Assembly: GCA_009777435.1 (NCBI GenBank)
Contig: WRLW01000001.1
Span: forward strand, 1-30,064
DNA length: 30,064 bases
Origin: Oscillospiraceae bacterium
GTDB lineage: Bacteria > Bacillota > Clostridia > Oscillospirales > UBA929
Reading direction: 5' to 3'
The translations under genes and the position numbers were made by a program. The notes under the pieces were generated by a model, which saw only the letters and a program-made list of their open reading frames with translations, was not told the DNA's origin and ran no database searches. Shown in pieces: positions 26,477 through 30,064 of the stretch (its first letter is position 1; each line of letters begins with the position of its first letter).

Positions 26477-28285
26477 ATGTGCGGCATTATAGGTTATGTT
26501 GGAAGTGAAAACGCCGTCCCTATCATTGTTGACGGGCTGAAAAAGCTTGAATACCGGGGATATGACTCGGCGGGAATCGCGGTCTACGGGCGCGGCGGCT
26601 TTGATGTGGTTAAGCAGGAAGGGCGCTTGGAGGCTTTAGAGGCGCGGCTGGCGGGCAGCCCGCTTTCCGGGAATATGGGCATCGGGCATACCCGCTGGGC
26701 CACACACGGCGAGCCGTCGGATATAAACTCGCACCCCCATGTCGGCAGCAAGAATAAAATCGCCGTTGTTCACAACGGCATAATTGAGAACTACAAGCAA
26801 ATAAAGGAGCGTTTGGAGCAAAGGGGCGTCCGCTTCGCGTCGCAAACCGACAGCGAGGCCATCGCGCAGCTTGCAGAGTATTATTATGACGGCGATATTA
26901 TGGATACGGTCATAAGGGTGGCCGGCAGGCTGGAGGGCTCATACGCGCTGGGCATCATGTGCCTCGACGAGCCGGACACGCTTATAGCGGTCAAGAAAGA
27001 CAACCCGCTGATTGTCGGCGTATCCGAACACGGCCGGTTCATAGCGTCCGACGTGCCCGCCGTGCTGAAGCACACCAACAAGGTCTATTACCTGAACGAT
27101 ATGGAGATCGCCGTGCTGCGGGAAGGCGACGCGCGGTTTTTCAACTTTGATAAAGAGCCGTTAGAAAAAACTCCTGAGACCGTGACATGGAGTCTTGACG
27201 GCGCGGAAAAAGGCGGATACCCGCATTTCATGCTTAAGGAGATCATGGAGCAGCCCAAAATACTCCGGGATACCATCAGCTCCTCCATGACCGGTAGCAA
27301 TGGGGATATAATTGACGGAATGGACGCCGCCCGGTTCGGCAAGGTGGTGATAACGGCCTGCGGCTCGGCGTATAACGCGGGGGTCGTGGCCAAATATGTA
27401 TTTGAGAGGCTGTGCAGGATATCGGTCGAGGTGGAGCTTGCCAGCGAATTCCGCTACAAGGACGCCGTTATAGATGAAAAAACGCTTGTGATTTTGGTCA
27501 GCCAGTCGGGGGAGACGGCCGATACCATAGCGGCCATGCGCGAGGCCAAGTCCAAGGGCGCCTTTACGCTGTCCATTGTAAACGTCGTCGGAAGCACGAT
27601 AGCCAAGGAAGCGGATCGCTGCCTGTTTACGGCGGCGGGGCCGGAAATCGCGGTGGCCACCACAAAGGCCTTTTCCGCGCAGCTTGTGATATTATATATT
27701 CTGGCCGTGCGGTTTGCCGCCCGTTTAGGTAAAGTGCCGCCCGGCAGGGAGCGGGAGATGCTTTCGGAAATCGAGAGCCTGCCCGCCAAGATAACCGAGA
27801 TACTCAGGCAGGTCGATTCTATTCAAAAATACGCTTCCACTTGCGTCGGCTATAAGAATATCTTCTTTATCGGCAGAAATATCGACTACGCCATCGCGCT
27901 TGAGGGTTCGCTCAAGCTGAAGGAGATATCCTACATACATTCCGAGGCGTATGCCGGCGGCGAATTGAAGCATGGCACCATCTCCCTTATCGAGGACGAG
28001 ACGCTGGTCGTGGCGATTGCCAACTGTGAGCGCCTGTATGGGAAAATCATGAGCAATGTGGAGCAGGTTATAAGCCGCGGGGCCAAGGTGCTTCTGATAG
28101 GAAGCTGCCTTGGCGCGGAGCCGGACGGGAAGCTTTACCGCATAATACTGCCCGAATCCGGCGACCTGTTCTCACCGTCGCTGTCCGTCGTCGCTTTGCA
28201 GCTTTTCAGCTATTATGTGGCGGCCAACAAGGGCTTGGATATAGATAAACCGCGAAATTTAGCAAAAAGCGTTACGGTAGAATAG
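26477..28285 (+). CDS. glmS: glutamine-fructose-6-phosphate aminotransferase
   Basis: MCGIIG (catalytic Cys1), LEYRGYDSAG, GHTRWATHG, VHNGIIEN, SQSGETAD, VATTKA, DKPRNLAKSVTVE. Start ATG 26477. Confidence 0.96.
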   Translation: MCGIIGYVGSENAVPIIVDGLKKLEYRGYDSAGIAVYGRGGFDVVKQEGRLEALEARLAGSPLSGNMGIGHTRWATHGEPSDINSHPHVGSKNKIAVVHNGIIENYKQIKERLEQRGVRFASQTDSEAIAQLAEYYYDGDIMDTVIRVAGRLEGSYALGIMCLDEPDTLIAVKKDNPLIVGVSEHGRFIASDVPAVLKHTNKVYYLNDMEIAVLREGDARFFNFDKEPLEKTPETVTWSLDGAEKGGYPHFMLKEIMEQPKILRDTISSSMTGSNGDIIDGMDAARFGKVVITACGSAYNAGVVAKYVFERLCRISVEVELASEFRYKDAVIDEKTLVILVSQSGETADTIAAMREAKSKGAFTLSIVNVVGSTIAKEADRCLFTAAGPEIAVATTKAFSAQLVILYILAVRFAARLGKVPPGREREMLSEIESLPAKITEILRQVDSIQKYASTCVGYKNIFFIGRNIDYAIALEGSLKLKEISYIHSEAYAGGELKHGTISLIEDETLVVAIANCERLYGKIMSNVEQVISRGAKVLLIGSCLGAEPDGKLYRIILPESGDLFSPSLSVVALQLFSYYVAANKGLDIDKPRNLAKSVTVE

Positions 28286-28300
28286 AGGAGGCGCGCCCTG

Positions 28301-29620
28301 ATGAACAGCACGGCAAGCGAGGTTCTGGAGTTTGTAAAGGAAAACGAGGTCAAGTTCATAAGGCTCGGCTTTTGCGATATGTTCGGGCTTCAAAAAAACA
28401 TTTCGATCATGGCCGACGAGCTGCAATCGGCCTTTGACGGCGGGGTTTCCTTTGACGCGCACGCTGTGCGCGGATTCCGCGGCGTCACCGAATCGGATCT
28501 GTTCCTGTTTCCCGACCCCTCGACGATTTCGGTTCTCCCGTGGCGGCCGGGGCCGGGCCGGGTCGCGCGCTTTTACTGCGATATACGCAGCCCGGACGGC
28601 TCTGAATTTTTACACGACGGCAGGGGCTTGCTCAAGCGTGTGGCCGGGCGCGCCGAAAAAATGGGATACGCCTGTAAAGTGGGCGCCGAATGTGAGTTTT
28701 ATCTGTTCAAGACCAACGAGGACGGCGAGCCGGCCGCCGTAACCTTTGACAAAGGGGGATATTTGGATATCGCGCCTCTCGACCGCGGGGAGGACATACG
28801 GCGCGAAATATGCCTGACCCTCGAGGAAATGGGGATAAGCCCGGAAAAATCGCACCACGAGCGGGGGCCGGGGCAGAATGAGATTGATTTCAGGTTCGGC
28901 GACGCCCTCTCCTGCGCCGATAACTTCCAGACCTTCAAGTCGGCGGTCAAGGCCATCGCCGCGCGCAACGGGCTGTTTGCCTCCTTTATGCCCAAGCCCA
29001 TATCCGACAAGCCGGGCAGCGGGATGCACATCAATCTCTCGCTCGCCCAAAACGGGCGCAATATCTTCAAAAACGTAAGCGAGGGACACTCGCGTGTCGC
29101 CGAGAGCTTTATGGCCGGGATACTTGCCAGAATCGTTGAGATAACCCTGTTTCTCAACCCCATAGCCAACTCCTATGAACGCTTTGGCAAATACGACGCG
29201 CCCAAGTATGTGTCGTGGTCACACCAGAACCGCTCGCAGCTCATAAGGATCCCCGCCGCGCTCGGCCAAAAGGTCAGGATGGAGCTGCGTTCGCCGGATC
29301 CGTCGCTGAATCCTTATCTCGCCTTCGCGCTGATTATAGCCGCGGGGCTTGACGGGATTGACAACGGCATGGCGCTGCCGCCCGCCGTGGACGCGGATTT
29401 ATATAAGGCGGGGCCGGACGTGACCGGGCCGCTGGCGGTTCTGCCGCGCAGCCTTGGCGAGGCCGTTGAGTCCGCCCAGGACAGCGGCTTTGTGAAAAGC
29501 GTGGTCGGCCAGGAGCTTTTTACAAAGTATATTGCCGCCAAAAAAACCGAGGCGGCCGATTTTGCCGCCTCCGGCGACAAGCCCGGGTTTTACGGGGAGC
29601 GATACTTTACCGTCGTATAA
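28301..29620 (+). CDS. glnA: type I glutamine synthetase-family protein
   Basis: GAECEFYLF, HHERGPGQNEI, FMPKP...GSGMH, NRSQLIRIP, ELRSPDPSLNPYL; GAGGAGG RBS. Some motifs deviate (see findings). Confidence 0.75.
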   Translation: MNSTASEVLEFVKENEVKFIRLGFCDMFGLQKNISIMADELQSAFDGGVSFDAHAVRGFRGVTESDLFLFPDPSTISVLPWRPGPGRVARFYCDIRSPDGSEFLHDGRGLLKRVAGRAEKMGYACKVGAECEFYLFKTNEDGEPAAVTFDKGGYLDIAPLDRGEDIRREICLTLEEMGISPEKSHHERGPGQNEIDFRFGDALSCADNFQTFKSAVKAIAARNGLFASFMPKPISDKPGSGMHINLSLAQNGRNIFKNVSEGHSRVAESFMAGILARIVEITLFLNPIANSYERFGKYDAPKYVSWSHQNRSQLIRIPAALGQKVRMELRSPDPSLNPYLAFALIIAAGLDGIDNGMALPPAVDADLYKAGPDVTGPLAVLPRSLGEAVESAQDSGFVKSVVGQELFTKYIAAKKTEAADFAASGDKPGFYGERYFTVV

Positions 29621-29654
29621 AGCCACTGAAATACTACAGAAAGGCGGCGATAAG

Positions 29655-30064
29655 ATGGAAAGCGCTCTGATAGTATCATCCACGGATAAGAGCGCCTCCT
29701 ACTTCGCGGAGCTGCTGAACGCAGCTTCCGTTAAGCATATCGCGGCCTTGCCGTCGTGCGGGGAAGCCCGGAGGCTTCTCATGGAGCGGGATTTCGATTT
29801 GGTAATCGTCAACGCCCCGCTCAGGGATGAATCGGGCGAAAGCATGTCGAGGCATATAGCGTCCAAAAGCATGTCGCAGGTCATACTTGTCGTGAAAAGC
29901 GAGTATTTCGAGGCGGTGTCCGCCGTCTGTGAGGAGGACGGCGTGCTGACGGTTTCAAAGCCGGTGAACCGAGCGGTTTTCTGGTCGGCTTTGAAGCTCG
30001 CCAGCTCGGCCCAGAGCCGGTTAACGCGCGTACACGCCGAGAACAGCAGGCTTAAACAGAAAAT
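29655..30064 (+). CDS. pseudo-receiver regulator, probably ANTAR-domain (NitR/AmiR-like); 3'-truncated by the window end
   Basis: Open frame from ATG 29655 to the end (absent from the ORF track): MESALIVSS...FDLVIVNAPL...VILVVK...LTVSKPV...ENSRLKQK. Receiver fold followed by a coiled-coil start, directly after glnA. The ANTAR domain itself would lie beyond the window. Confidence 0.65.
   Translation, partial: MESALIVSSTDKSASYFAELLNAASVKHIAALPSCGEARRLLMERDFDLVIVNAPLRDESGESMSRHIASKSMSQVILVVKSEYFEAVSAVCEEDGVLTVSKPVNRAVFWSALKLASSAQSRLTRVHAENSRLKQK

Noticed and set aside
2176-29089. Long antisense or alternate-frame ORFs (e.g. 2176-2967, 4053-4871, 14929-15609, 17418-18221, 20539-21225, 28610-29089)
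   Set aside because: They lie wholly over well-supported genes, show no recognisable motifs, and are expected shadows in high-GC DNA with few stop codons.

Overview
GC-rich (roughly 60% by eye) chromosomal window. Gene order and RBS/promoter style point to a Bacillota/Clostridia-like organism (inference). 1-9.1 kb is housekeeping: thiI divergent from gdpP-rplI-dnaB-tilS-hpt-ftsH. 9.1-13.3 kb (minus strand) holds rplJ-rplL with an L10 leader and a three-gene membrane NAD(P) transhydrogenase (pntAA-pntAB-pntB). 13.5-23.4 kb is accessory: three tandem genes for secreted modular proteins sharing an unrecognised Lys-rich module of about 250 aa, a Phd/ParE-type toxin-antitoxin pair, and a divergent AgrC-like kinase / LytTR regulator pair. 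A 21-bp-period direct repeat sits upstream of the secreted-protein cluster. 23.4-30.1 kb is an apparent nitrogen operon: CofE-like glutamate ligase, Lrp/AsnC regulator, aminotransferase, glmS, glnA-like gene and a truncated pseudo-receiver (probably ANTAR) regulator, preceded by a leader with an ANTAR-type hairpin. The best candidates for new biology are the shuffled secreted-protein family with its putative LytTR control, and the putatively ANTAR-antiterminated operon led by an F420-ligase homologue. All calls are by-eye; no searches or folding programs were run.
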